A stretch of 57,492 nucleotides of DNA from an uncultured Clostridium sp. GTDB taxonomy: Bacteria > Bacillota_I > Bacilli_A > RF39 > UBA660. A program made the translations under genes and the position numbers. Positions within the stretch are counted from its first letter, which is position 1. Every line of letters begins with the position of its first letter. Under the pieces are notes generated by a model that saw only the letters and a program-made list of their open reading frames with translations, was not told the origin of the DNA and ran no database searches. Positions 1 to 9,111 of this stretch are shown here, piece by piece. The DNA lies in assembly GCA_964649575.1 (NCBI GenBank), contig CAZYRI010000002.1, positions 1-57,492 of the forward strand. Direction: 5' to 3'.

Positions 1-347
1 CAACAGTAGTATCAAGTTATGGAAGTGCTGATACAGATAACTTCATATCAACAGATAAGTTATATTTGTTATCTGGAGAAGAAATATATGAAGGATTTAG
101 TGATTCATATGACACATCAAAAGGCACATCAAGACAATTAGATTATTATAAAAATGCAGGTGTGTCAACTTCTAATTATAGTGGAGCTAAAAAATTAAAC
201 GGCACTGATGCAGATTGGTGGTGGCTCCGCTCCGCCGGTTCTATTTATGGTAACGGTTTCTATGGTGTGCTCTTCAACGGCGGTTGGAGTAGCACCTGCA
301 GAGCTAACAATACCAACGGCATGGCTCCAGGCTTCCGAATAGGCTGA
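1..347 (+). CDS. 3' part of a larger secreted/surface protein, truncated at the window edge. The tail is DUF6273 / C-type-lectin-like (WWWLRS...GMAPGFRIG).
   Basis: The reading frame starting at nt 3 is open from the window start to TGA at 345-347. It carries the motif (D)KLYLLSGEEI ... WWWLRSAG ... G-APGFRI, typical of DUF6273/CLec-type C-termini. The last ~150 nt are compositionally aberrant (see findings). Confidence 0.6.
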   Translation, partial: TVVSSYGSADTDNFISTDKLYLLSGEEIYEGFSDSYDTSKGTSRQLDYYKNAGVSTSNYSGAKKLNGTDADWWWLRSAGSIYGNGFYGVLFNGGWSSTCRANNTNGMAPGFRIG

Positions 348-507
348 ATATGTAAAGTTTAAATAATAAGTGGTGAACTCCCCATGATTTTGAAAGGTAT
401 GGAAGAATAAAGAAAAGTTTTATATAATAATAAAGAAAAGTTTTGTAAATAACTTTTTTTTATTTGTTTTTCGTGTTATACTATTTTTATGGTAAGGAGG
501 CCTTAAA

Positions 508-771
508 ATGGAAGAAAATATTTTAAATGTAACTGCTGAAGATGGTTCTACTATTTCAGTTAGAGTTCTTGATATTATTGATTCTGCTAAATTTAATAAA
601 TCATTTATCATTTATACTGTTAATGGTGATGATTCTAATATTTTTGCATCAATTTTGAATGAAAGTGAAAGTAGTTATTCGCTTGACTTAATAAGTGATG
701 AAGAAGAAATTAATTATATAAATCAAGAAATAGATAGAGTTGTTGAAGAAATGAAGAGTGAGGAAAATTAA
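508..771 (+). CDS. DUF1292-family small acidic protein
   Basis: 87 aa. RBS AAGGAGG lies 5 nt (ccTTA) upstream of the ATG. The pattern 'EDGSTISVRVLDII...FIIYT...DDSNIFASIL ... ISDEEE' resembles DUF1292, and it is a paralog of 3316-3582. Confidence 0.6.
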   Translation: MEENILNVTAEDGSTISVRVLDIIDSAKFNKSFIIYTVNGDDSNIFASILNESESSYSLDLISDEEEINYINQEIDRVVEEMKSEEN

Positions 772-773
772 TT

Positions 774-1775
774 ATGACTTTTCAAGAATTAAAAGATAGA
801 AGAATTCTTCCTGAAAAGATAACACAGACTGCTTTTCTTACTGCTTGTAAGGAGTGTGGTATTACTGTTAGTGATATTAAAACCCGTAGATTTACTCAAG
901 AAGAAATTACTAGAATATATATTAATAGGAATATTACTGGGATAATTGTTTCTGAAAATGCTAAAGTTGCTCATGATTCTGTTATATCTGTTTATGATAA
1001 TATGATTACTAATTATACTAGTTTATATAATAGTGTTAGAGGTAATGATAATTTAAGTGATGAAGATAAGAAGGCTTTAGTGGATCTTATTGATGGACTT
1101 ACAGAAGATAGAAAACAATATGAATCTGTTAAAAATGGTTTGAATATTGGTAAAGGTAATTTTGGTTATAATGCGAATGTTTTAAATGGTGTTGAAAGGT
1201 TTGCTAATGATAAGTTAACTGGTAAAATTGCGGAGCAGGATAAAGAACTTGCTGAAGTATATAAAGAACTTAATGAATTAACTGCTGAGAGTGCTAAATA
1301 CAAGACAAAGTTTAAGAAATTAGGTGTTTCAGTTAAAATAAGTAGAGTTCAAAAGAGAATAGAAAAGTTACAAGCTAAAAAAGGTAAGTTAAATGCTAAG
1401 CAACAAAAAATTGTTAATAAAGCAACTGAAAGGTATGTAACTATTAAGCAAAAGGAACTTATTGATTATAATAGAAAGTTAGATAAGGAAAGAGAATATA
1501 CTGAAAGAAGAATTCAAAATAATGAAAGTATTAAGAATTACAGTAATGATATAAATTTAACAAATCAAGAAATAACAAGATTAAAATCTGAGGGTGGTAT
1601 TAAAAATAGTATTAATGCTTTTGGACTTTCGGTTGAAAAGAAAGTTATGGAATCAAGACTTTCTAGACTTGAAAGGGAAAAGAAAAGAATTGATAGACTT
1701 AAAAATAAGAAAGGTTTTGTTGATTTGGCTAAACAAGTTGTTAAACCAGTCCAGATGGCTCATGGTATGGTATAA
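774..1775 (+). CDS. Hypothetical coiled-coil protein, Lys/Glu-rich
   Basis: 333-aa ORF starting 2 nt after the DUF1292 stop. Long heptad-like K/E/L-rich stretches, no recognisable catalytic motif. A terminator follows. Confidence 0.55.
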   Translation: MTFQELKDRRILPEKITQTAFLTACKECGITVSDIKTRRFTQEEITRIYINRNITGIIVSENAKVAHDSVISVYDNMITNYTSLYNSVRGNDNLSDEDKKALVDLIDGLTEDRKQYESVKNGLNIGKGNFGYNANVLNGVERFANDKLTGKIAEQDKELAEVYKELNELTAESAKYKTKFKKLGVSVKISRVQKRIEKLQAKKGKLNAKQQKIVNKATERYVTIKQKELIDYNRKLDKEREYTERRIQNNESIKNYSNDINLTNQEITRLKSEGGIKNSINAFGLSVEKKVMESRLSRLEREKKRIDRLKNKKGFVDLAKQVVKPVQMAHGMV

Positions 1776-1801
1776 AAAGTTCTCAAATTGAGAATTTTTT
1801 T
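1776..1801 (+). terminator. Rho-independent terminator
   Basis: Hairpin gttctc-aaatt-gagaat(t) followed by a T7 run, directly after the stop at 1775. Confidence 0.55.
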
Positions 1802-1880
1802 AATTGTGTAAAGAATATATAAAAAACTATTTATTCTTAATAATATTTAGTATAATAATTTAATGAAAAGAGGAAATGAA

Positions 1881-2591
1881 ATGAAAAATGATATACCAAG
1901 ACATGTAGCAATCATTATGGATGGTAATGGTAGATGGGCTACAAGACAAGGAAAAAAGAGAACAGAGGGACATTATGCTGGTTATAAAACATTAAAAAAA
2001 GTAGCATTACATATATTAAAAAAAGGTGTTAAAGTTTTATCGGTTTTTGCATTTTCAACTGAAAATTTTAAAAGAAGTGAAGATGAAGTTGATTATTTAA
2101 TGAATTTATTTATAGGTGGTTTTACTAAAGATACTCATTTTTTCTTTGAAAATAATGTTAGGGTAGTATTTTCTGGAAGAAAGGAACCACTTAAAGATAC
2201 TGTTTATAATGCAATGATGAAGTTACAGGAAAAAACTAAGGATTGTGATGGAGGAATTCTTAATATTTGTTTAAATTATGGTGGACAATTTGAGGTGGTT
2301 GATACTTGTAAAAAGATTGCTAAATTATATAAAGAAGAAAAGATTGATTTAGATGAAATAACACCTGAAACATTATATAAATATCTTTATAATGATTTAG
2401 GTCCAGTTGATTTAATGATTAGAACAAGTGGGGAATGTAGAATTAGTAATTTTATGTTATATAATATTGCATATGCAGAATTATATTTTACTAATACTTG
2501 TTTTCCTGATTTTGATAATGATGAATTTGATAAAGCTTTACTGGATTATCAAAATAGAAATATTACTAAGGGTGGTAATAGTAAAAAATAG
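1881..2591 (+). CDS. uppS: Undecaprenyl-diphosphate synthase (cis-isoprenyl transferase)
   Basis: The canonical N-terminal motif PRHVAIIMDGNGRWA is present, along with ...IRTSGE.R.SNF.L. The ORF opens at 1863, but the RBS AAGAGGA at 1868-1874 favours the ATG at 1881. Confidence 0.9.
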   Translation: MKNDIPRHVAIIMDGNGRWATRQGKKRTEGHYAGYKTLKKVALHILKKGVKVLSVFAFSTENFKRSEDEVDYLMNLFIGGFTKDTHFFFENNVRVVFSGRKEPLKDTVYNAMMKLQEKTKDCDGGILNICLNYGGQFEVVDTCKKIAKLYKEEKIDLDEITPETLYKYLYNDLGPVDLMIRTSGECRISNFMLYNIAYAELYFTNTCFPDFDNDEFDKALLDYQNRNITKGGNSKK

Positions 2592-2640
2592 ATTCTTTAT
2601 GATGTCTTTTATTGTTTAGTTTAATATTTTTTGATAAAAT

Positions 2641-2910
2641 ATGTTTGAAGGAAGTGATATTGTGGATTCATTTGAAACTACTGTTGTAGATAGTGAAACT
2701 ATTGTTGATAATAATATTAGAAAATCATTAATTTCTATATGTGATGACTTAGAGGAAAGAGGTTACAATCCAACTAAACAAATAGTTGCATATTTAATTA
2801 GTGGAGATCCTGGATATATATCTAGTTATAAGGAATGTAGAAATAGAATGTTACAATTTAAAAGGGAAGATATACTAGAAGTAATGCTAGTTAAATATAT
2901 AAAGAAATGA
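2641..2910 (+). CDS. ireB: IreB-family regulatory phosphoprotein (UPF0297/YrzL-like)
   Basis: Motif L..RGYNPTKQIVAYLISGDPGYISSYKECRN...REDILEVMLVKYI, plus its conserved position immediately upstream of ruvX. Confidence 0.8.
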   Translation: MFEGSDIVDSFETTVVDSETIVDNNIRKSLISICDDLEERGYNPTKQIVAYLISGDPGYISSYKECRNRMLQFKREDILEVMLVKYIKK

Positions 2911-3326
2911 CATATTTAGGACTTGATCTTGGAAGTAAAACTTGTGGTGTTGCGATTAGTGATAGAACAGGTATTATAGCAACGAGTTTAGAGGTAATAA
3001 GATATTATGATTATGAAGATTTATTTCATCAATTGGAATTGGTTGTTATAAATAGGAAAGTTGATGCTTTTGTACTTGGAAATCCTAAGAATTTGGATAA
3101 TAGTTTATCTAAAAGAAGTGAAATAACTATTGAGTTTAAAAAGTTATTAGAAGAAAGATTTCATAGGGAAGTATTTTTACAGGATGAAAGATTATCTACT
3201 GTTGAAGCTGAGAATTTACTTATAAGTAATGATACTAAGAGGAAAAATAGAAAGAAAGTTATTGATAAGATAGCTGCAGCTATAATACTACAAGCATTTT
3301 TAGATAGGAGAAATAATGAAAGATAA
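2907..3326 (+). CDS. ruvX: Holliday-junction resolvase-like nuclease RuvX (YqgF)
   Basis: N-terminus MTYLGLDLGSKTCGVAISD, a C-terminal AAAIILQ.FLD motif, and a 4-nt overlap with ireB. Confidence 0.9.
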   Translation: MTYLGLDLGSKTCGVAISDRTGIIATSLEVIRYYDYEDLFHQLELVVINRKVDAFVLGNPKNLDNSLSKRSEITIEFKKLLEERFHREVFLQDERLSTVEAENLLISNDTKRKNRKKVIDKIAAAIILQAFLDRRNNER

Positions 3327-3582
3327 TACACTTACTTTAAAAGATAAAAATGGTGAAAAGAAAGATTATAGAATTCTTCTTAATATTGAAGATGTGACAA
3401 ATAAAATTAATTATTGTTTATATACTGATGATGAAGTAAATGATAAGGGTGAGATAGTTTGTTATGCGGCTACTTATGTTAGAAGTGCTAAGGGTAATAT
3501 GACTAAGTTAAAGCCTGTTATAATGAAAGAAGAATTTGATTTTATAGAGAAAGTATTAGGTTCGTTGGAGGAAAAAGAATAA
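3316..3582 (+). CDS. DUF1292-family protein (YrzB-like)
   Basis: 88 aa. It occupies the conserved ireB-ruvX-DUF1292 position and has an acidic profile of the 'DKNGEKKDYRILLNIE...YCLYTDDE' type. Confidence 0.7.
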   Translation: MKDNTLTLKDKNGEKKDYRILLNIEDVTNKINYCLYTDDEVNDKGEIVCYAATYVRSAKGNMTKLKPVIMKEEFDFIEKVLGSLEEKE

Positions 3583-3584
3583 TA

Positions 3585-4676
3585 ATGACTAAGAAGGTGT
3601 TTAGTGTGAAAAAGTTTTTAATATTTATATTTGTTTTATGTTTAATAGTTGTTGGGATTTTAGTTGGAACTTACTTTTATTTAATAAATTATAGAAGTAG
3701 TGATAGTGAAACAATAACTATTAATATTGGAAAAGGTAATAGTTATGGAACTATTGGTAGTATACTTAAGGATAATGATTTAATAAAGTCTGAATTAGTT
3801 TATAAAATATATGTTAAATTACATAGGCCAGAGGGTTTAGAGGCTGGGGATTATGTTCTTAAAAAGTCTTATAATTTAGATGAAATAATTGATACTCTTA
3901 AAAAAGGTTCTGTTAATTTAGCTAGTACTAAGAAGATAACATTTATTGAAGGGAAGAATATGAGATATATTATTTCTAATATAACAAATACATTTAATAT
4001 TACTGAAAAAGAGATATTAGATAAGCTTAGTGATAGTAGTTATTTAGATAGTTTAATAAGTAAGTATTGGTTTTTAACAGATGATATTAAGAATAAAGAT
4101 ATTTATTATTCGTTAGAAGGTTATTTATATCCTGATACTTATGAGTTTTATGAAACTGCAACTATTGAGGATATTTTTAAGGGTATGCTTGATAATATGA
4201 ATAATAAAATAAGTAAATATAAAGAGGAAGTAGAAAATAGTGATTATTCTATACATCAAATGCTTACATTGGCATCAATAATAGAACTTGAAGCTGGTAG
4301 GGAAGCTGATAGAAAGGGTGTAGCTGGTGTATTTTATAATAGACTTAAAGATAATTGGAGTTTAGGTAGTGATGTAACTACTTATTATGCTGAGAAGATT
4401 GATAATTATTCAAGAGATCTTAGGATGAGTGAATTAAATGATTGTAATAAATATAATACAAGAAGTAGTTGTATGGCTGGAAAGTTACCAGTGAGTCCGA
4501 TTTGTAATCCTGGACTTGAATCAATAGTCGCAGCATTTGAACCAACAAATCATAAATATTATTATTTTGTAGCTGATAAGAATGGTAAAACATATTTTAC
4601 TAAAACTGACAGTGAACATAATAAAAAATGTAATGAATTAAAAAGAGATGGATTATGGATAAATTATACAAGTTAA
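3585..4676 (+). CDS. mltG: Endolytic murein transglycosylase MltG (YceG-like)
   Basis: Single N-terminal TM helix, then ...LASIIELEA...GVFYNRL......YNTR...GLPVSPICNPG...A...P....YYYFVADKNGKTYF. Confidence 0.9.
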   Translation: MTKKVFSVKKFLIFIFVLCLIVVGILVGTYFYLINYRSSDSETITINIGKGNSYGTIGSILKDNDLIKSELVYKIYVKLHRPEGLEAGDYVLKKSYNLDEIIDTLKKGSVNLASTKKITFIEGKNMRYIISNITNTFNITEKEILDKLSDSSYLDSLISKYWFLTDDIKNKDIYYSLEGYLYPDTYEFYETATIEDIFKGMLDNMNNKISKYKEEVENSDYSIHQMLTLASIIELEAGREADRKGVAGVFYNRLKDNWSLGSDVTTYYAEKIDNYSRDLRMSELNDCNKYNTRSSCMAGKLPVSPICNPGLESIVAAFEPTNHKYYYFVADKNGKTYFTKTDSEHNKKCNELKRDGLWINYTS

Positions 4677-5245
4677 TAGATGAAATTAGAGTGTATGGAG
4701 AAGGTAATAGTGTTCCTATAATGAGTAGGGACACTATTACTACAATACAAAAAATAATTAAGGATAATAATGTTAAATCAATATTGGAAGTAGGTACAGC
4801 AATTGGTTATTCAACTATATGTTTTGCTAGTACTGGTATAGATAAAATAGAAAGTATTGAAAGAGATAAAGAAAGATATGATATAGCAGTGTCAAATGTG
4901 AAAAAGAGTGGTTTAAATAATATATTTTTAAACTTTATGGATGTATTTGATTTTAATACTGATTCTAAATATGATTTAATTATTATAGATGCGGCTAAAA
5001 GTCAAAATAGAAAAATATTTGAAAAATTTATGAATAATTTAAATGAAAATGGAATAATAATAATTGATAATTTAAGTTTTCATGGTTTTGTTGGTAGAAG
5101 TAATGAAATTAAAAGTAGAAATTTAAGACAAATGGTTAGAAAAATAGAAAAATTCATTGAATATCTAAAAGATAATGATGAATTTGATACAGAATTTATA
5201 GAAGTAGGTGATACCTTAGGAGTATGCAAAAGAAGGAATTTATAA
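4655..5245 (+). CDS. trmR: Class I SAM-dependent O-methyltransferase, YrrM/TrmR-like (tRNA 5-hydroxyuridine methyltransferase family)
   Basis: Motifs ILEVGTAIGYST and DLIIIDAAKSQN...IIIDNLSFHG. Synteny between mltG and the U32 pair matches B. subtilis yrrL-yrrM-yrrN-yrrO. Confidence 0.7.
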   Translation: MDKLYKLIDEIRVYGEGNSVPIMSRDTITTIQKIIKDNNVKSILEVGTAIGYSTICFASTGIDKIESIERDKERYDIAVSNVKKSGLNNIFLNFMDVFDFNTDSKYDLIIIDAAKSQNRKIFEKFMNNLNENGIIIIDNLSFHGFVGRSNEIKSRNLRQMVRKIEKFIEYLKDNDEFDTEFIEVGDTLGVCKRRNL

Positions 5246-6015
5246 TTATACCTAATAGTAAAAGACTTAGTTCTTTTAAAGTAAATAAGTTTATATTACC
5301 ACTTGAAAACTATTGTATAGGTTTTGATGTTTATTTTAATGTAAAAGAAATAAATAAGATAAGTGAAAAATATGATGTTATTGTTATAATGAATAAGTTT
5401 TTACATAAAAAAATAGATGATTTTAGAATGATATATGATAGTTTTAATTCTAGAATTAAATTTATGGTTGAAGATATAGGGCTTAGTGATGTGATTGATA
5501 AGGATAGAATAATTTTATATGAAAATCATATATTATCTAATTATAGAGCTATAAATTATTTAAAAGAAATTGGTTATAATAATGTTGTTGTGAATAATGA
5601 TCTTACTATTGATGAAATTAAGAATATTATAAAGAAAACTGAATCAAATTTATATTATTTTTATACTGGTAAGAATATACTTATGTATTCAAGAAGAAAA
5701 TTAATTAGTGATTATAATGAATACTATAATAAAGAGAAAACTGATAAATATAATTTAAGGGAGATTGTTTCAAGTACATTACTTGATATTAAGGAAGAAG
5801 ATGGTACAGTAATATATTATGATAAGGTATTTTGTGCGGCTAAATATTTAAATGATTTAAATATGAATCTTATTGTTAATTTAAGTAATTTAGATCCTAT
5901 AACTACTAAGATGATAGTTAAGAATTATGATAGGGATAATTTATGTAATCTTATATTATGTGATTATTATTTTTTAGAGAATGATATTAAATATAAGGTA
6001 GGTGATTTAAAATGA
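5224..6015 (+). CDS. Divergent U32-family (YrrN-like) protein
   Basis: 263 aa, translationally coupled on both sides. It sits where yrrN lies in the B. subtilis arrangement, with only weak U32-like periodicity (NVVVNNDLTIDEI...). The call is mostly positional. Confidence 0.45.
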   Translation: MQKKEFIIIPNSKRLSSFKVNKFILPLENYCIGFDVYFNVKEINKISEKYDVIVIMNKFLHKKIDDFRMIYDSFNSRIKFMVEDIGLSDVIDKDRIILYENHILSNYRAINYLKEIGYNNVVVNNDLTIDEIKNIIKKTESNLYYFYTGKNILMYSRRKLISDYNEYYNKEKTDKYNLREIVSSTLLDIKEEDGTVIYYDKVFCAAKYLNDLNMNLIVNLSNLDPITTKMIVKNYDRDNLCNLILCDYYFLENDIKYKVGDLK

Positions 6016-7187
6016 ATTATGAATTATTGTTACCTGCTGGTGATTTAAATAGATTAAAGTTTGCATTTATATATGGTGCGGATGCAGTATATATAGGTGG
6101 TTATAATTATAGTTTAAGAGCTAATGCTAATAATTTTAGTTTAGAAGAAATAGATGAAGGAGTAAAGTTTGCTCATAGTTTAGGTAAGAAAGTTTATGTT
6201 ACTGTTAATATGATATTTCATAATGAAGATTTAGGTAATTTAGATGAGTATTTAATAGAATTAGATAAAATAGGTATAGATAGTTTTATTGTAAGTGATT
6301 TTGCTGTTATTGAAACTATAAAAAGATTAGAATTAAAGACAAAGTTTTTTATATCTACTCAGAAGTCTATTACTAATTTAGAAGCTGTTAAGTTTTATAA
6401 AGATTTAGGTGCTTACAGGGTTGTTTTAGCAAGGGAATGTAGTAGAGATGATATAAAGTATATTAAAGAGAATATTGATACTGAACTTGAGGTATTTATA
6501 CATGGAGCAATGTGTACTAGTTATAGTGGAAGATGTGTTTTATCTAATTATGTAACTCTTAGAGATTCTAATAGAGGTGGATGTAGTCAAGTATGTAGAT
6601 TTATATTTGATAATGATACTGATGAAGAATTTATGATAGCTTCGAAGGATTTAAATATGATAGATTATATAAGTGATCTTATGGATTTAAAAGTTGAATC
6701 ATATAAGATAGAAGGTAGAATGAAAAGTTTATATTATATAGCTACTGTATGTAATGCTTATAGAACTATTATGGATAAGAAGATAAATGGAACTTTAACA
6801 GATGATGATATTATTTATTATAAAAAAGTATTAAATAGAGTTTCTAATCGTGAAAATATACCACAATTTTATGATAAAGTTCCAGGAGTAGAAGGACAGT
6901 ATTATAGTGGTAGAATGGAAATAAGTAATAAAGACTTTTTGGGCCTTGTAATTGATTATAATGAAAGTACAAAAGAAGCTGTAATTGAACAAAGAAATAA
7001 GTTTAGTGTTGGAGATACAATTGAGGTATTTGGGCCAAATACAAGTGTACAAAAATTTGAAATAGAATATATTATAAATAGTGCTGGAGAGAAGGCTAAA
7101 ACTGCCTGTCATGCTCAGGAAATTGTTAAAATTAAAATACCATTTAGGGTACAAAAAAATGATATATTAAGGATTGTAATATCTTGA
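6012..7187 (+). CDS. Peptidase U32 family protein (YrrO/TrhP-like, tRNA ho5U synthesis family)
   Basis: Motifs ELLLPAGDL...YGADAVYIGG...SLRA.A.NF, KVYVTVN, RVVLARE, EVFIHGAMCTSYSGRC.LSNY...RDSNRGGCSQVCR. Confidence 0.85.
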   Translation: MNYELLLPAGDLNRLKFAFIYGADAVYIGGYNYSLRANANNFSLEEIDEGVKFAHSLGKKVYVTVNMIFHNEDLGNLDEYLIELDKIGIDSFIVSDFAVIETIKRLELKTKFFISTQKSITNLEAVKFYKDLGAYRVVLARECSRDDIKYIKENIDTELEVFIHGAMCTSYSGRCVLSNYVTLRDSNRGGCSQVCRFIFDNDTDEEFMIASKDLNMIDYISDLMDLKVESYKIEGRMKSLYYIATVCNAYRTIMDKKINGTLTDDDIIYYKKVLNRVSNRENIPQFYDKVPGVEGQYYSGRMEISNKDFLGLVIDYNESTKEAVIEQRNKFSVGDTIEVFGPNTSVQKFEIEYIINSAGEKAKTACHAQEIVKIKIPFRVQKNDILRIVIS

Positions 7188-7212
7188 CAAATATAGCATT
7201 TTATAGTATCAT
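7184..7212 (+). promoter_or_regulatory. Sigma-A-type promoter for greA
   Basis: TTGACA (7184-7189), a 17-nt spacer, then TATCAT (7207-7212), about 30 nt upstream of the greA ATG. Confidence 0.5.
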
Positions 7213-7243
7213 TTGTTGGTAGCAAGAAAGAGGGTGCATTCGC

Positions 7244-7714
7244 ATGAAAAAGAAAGAAGTTTTTCTTACAAGTGAAGGTTATTTAGAACTTGAGAATGAA
7301 TTACATTACTTAAAGACTGAAAAGAGAAAAGAAGTAACACAAACTCTAAAAGAAGCAAGAGCTCTTGGAGATTTATCAGAAAATTCTGAATATGATCAAG
7401 CAAGAGAAGATCAATCTAATTTAGAGAAAAGAATTGTTGAAATAGAATATACATTAGAACATGCAACTGTTATTGATGAAGCTAAGGATGATGGAACAGT
7501 TGGTATTGGTTGCCAAGTTGAACTTATGTATGAAGATGATGATGATACAGAAAGTTATAGAATAGTTGGTAGTCAAGAAGCTGATCCATTTAATAATAAA
7601 ATATCAAATGAAAGTCCAATTGCAGCTGCTATTATGGGTAAAAAAGTTGGTGACACTGTTGAAGTAGCATCACCAGATGGTGTATATAGTGTTAAAATTG
7701 TAGCAATAGGATAG
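7244..7714 (+). CDS. greA: Transcription elongation factor GreA
   Basis: LT.EGY..L..EL..LK...R.EV...L.EARA.GDLSENSEYD.ARE.Q followed by a C-terminal ISNESPIAAAIMGKKVGD. RBS AGAGGGTG. Confidence 0.92.
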   Translation: MKKKEVFLTSEGYLELENELHYLKTEKRKEVTQTLKEARALGDLSENSEYDQAREDQSNLEKRIVEIEYTLEHATVIDEAKDDGTVGIGCQVELMYEDDDDTESYRIVGSQEADPFNNKISNESPIAAAIMGKKVGDTVEVASPDGVYSVKIVAIG

Positions 7715-7760
7715 TAAAATATCCTTTTTTGTGTTTTAATAATGTATTAGGAGGGAAAGT

Positions 7761-9005
7761 ATGAAAAAAAGTTATACATTAAGTTTAGGGAAAAAAGAAT
7801 GGAATGAATGCTTACATAATGTTTATGATAAGAAGAAGAAAGATATAAAGGTTGATGGATTTAGAAAAGGTCAAGTTCCATATGATGTTTATATTAAAAA
7901 AACAGGAGTAGAAAGTTTATATATGGATGCTATTGATGCAGCTGTTGATATTCTTTATGCTAAGTTATTAAGCGATAAAGAAACCATTACACCAGCTGCT
8001 ACACCAAGTATTGATATTAAAAATATTGATTCTAATGGTATTACTATTGAGTTTACTTTGATATCAGCACCAGAGGTTAAACTTGGTAAGTATAAAGATT
8101 TAGGAGTTGCTAAAAAGACAATTGAAGTAACAGAAGAAGAAATTGAACATGAACTTGGTCATTTAAGAGAACAATTTGTTGAAGTCAAAGCATTAGATGA
8201 TAAAGCTAAAATTAAAGAGGGAAATATTGCTGTTATTGATTTTGAAGGATTCTCTGATGGAACTCCATTTAAAGGTGGAAAAGGTGAAAACTATTCATTA
8301 GAGATAGGTTCTCATACATTTATTCCAGGATTTGAAGAAGCATTAGTAGGTCTTAAGAAAGGTGATAGTAAGGATGTTAATGTTACATTCCCAGAAAATT
8401 ATCATAGTGAAGAATTAAAAGGAAAACCAGTAGTATTTAAAGTTACTATTAAGGAAGTAAAAGAAAGAGTATTTCCAGAATTTAATAAGGAGTTTTTTGA
8501 GGATTTAAATGTTGGTGGAGTAGAAAGTTTAGAAGATTTAAAGAACTATATTTCTGAAAATATGAAAGCTTCAAAAGAAAAACAATATGAAGATGAATAT
8601 TTATTTGAATGTTTAGATAAAGTTGTTGCTGATTCTAAATTTGAAATTCCAGAAGAAATGACTGAGGATGAAACTAATAGATTAGTAAGAGAATTTTCTG
8701 AAAAGTTACAATATCAAGGATTAAAATTAGAAGATTATTTAAAATATTGTAATACATCTATGGATGACTTTAAGGGTACATTAAAAGATGAAGCAAACAG
8801 AAGAATAGGTTATAGATTAATTGTTGATGCAGTTGTTGAAAAGGAAAAATTAGAAATAACTGATAAAGAACTTGAAGATGGTCTTAAAGAAGCAGCTGAG
8901 AAGTATGGAATGAGTGTAGAAGATTTTGAAAAAGAAATCGGATCAAAAGAATTATTTAAATATGATTTATTAATGAAAAAAGCTATGGATATAGTTACAA
9001 AATAA
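7761..9005 (+). CDS. tig: Trigger factor (ribosome-associated PPIase chaperone)
   Basis: N-terminal ...VDGFRKGQVPYDVY..., a central FKBP-like segment (VIDFEGFSDGTPFKGGKGENYSLEIGSHTFIPGFEEALVGLKKGD), 414 aa. Confidence 0.9.
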   Translation: MKKSYTLSLGKKEWNECLHNVYDKKKKDIKVDGFRKGQVPYDVYIKKTGVESLYMDAIDAAVDILYAKLLSDKETITPAATPSIDIKNIDSNGITIEFTLISAPEVKLGKYKDLGVAKKTIEVTEEEIEHELGHLREQFVEVKALDDKAKIKEGNIAVIDFEGFSDGTPFKGGKGENYSLEIGSHTFIPGFEEALVGLKKGDSKDVNVTFPENYHSEELKGKPVVFKVTIKEVKERVFPEFNKEFFEDLNVGGVESLEDLKNYISENMKASKEKQYEDEYLFECLDKVVADSKFEIPEEMTEDETNRLVREFSEKLQYQGLKLEDYLKYCNTSMDDFKGTLKDEANRRIGYRLIVDAVVEKEKLEITDKELEDGLKEAAEKYGMSVEDFEKEIGSKELFKYDLLMKKAMDIVTK

Positions 9006-9015
9006 ATATTAAATT

Positions 9016-9041
9016 AACATCCTTATGTAGGATGTTTTTTA
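9016..9041 (+). terminator. Rho-independent terminator after tig
   Basis: aacatcct-tatgt-aggatgtt followed by a T run. Confidence 0.75.
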
Positions 9042-9111
9042 ATAATTAAAATGATAAATTGATATTTAATTCATTATTAAAATATGATATATTTGTTTTA
9101 GAGGTGAATGT

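Noticed and set aside
406-444. 16-bp direct repeat aataaagaaaagtttt (406-421 and 429-444) upstream of the DUF1292 gene
   Set aside because: It is real but short and extremely AT-rich. It overlaps a probable weak terminator (aaaagtt-N8-aactttt plus a T run) and could easily arise by chance or by local duplication. I saw no partner elsewhere in the window, so it does not merit a call as an operator or mobile-element end.
420-611. 63-aa minus-strand ORF in the track, overlapping the intergenic region and the 5' end of the DUF1292 gene
   Set aside because: The product is low-complexity and AT-driven (runs of K/I/F), there is no RBS, and it is antisense to a well-supported gene and its RBS. The same reasoning applies to:
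- Other antisense ORFs, on the - strand: 789-974, 6831-7154, 19416-19694, 20413-20610, 21687-21917, 22682-23065, 30874-31065, 42152-42523, 44893-45156, 48690-49121, 49571-49756, 52858-53064, 53600-53845, 54687-55031 and 55790-56038.
- Other antisense ORFs, on the + strand opposite tex or the small gene at 16755-17003: 9905-10204, 10388-10711 and 16855-17040.
- Off-frame same-strand ORFs: 1594-1791, 2428-2619, 21215-21442, 35953-36231, 36952-37182, 42796-43017 and 52557-52745.
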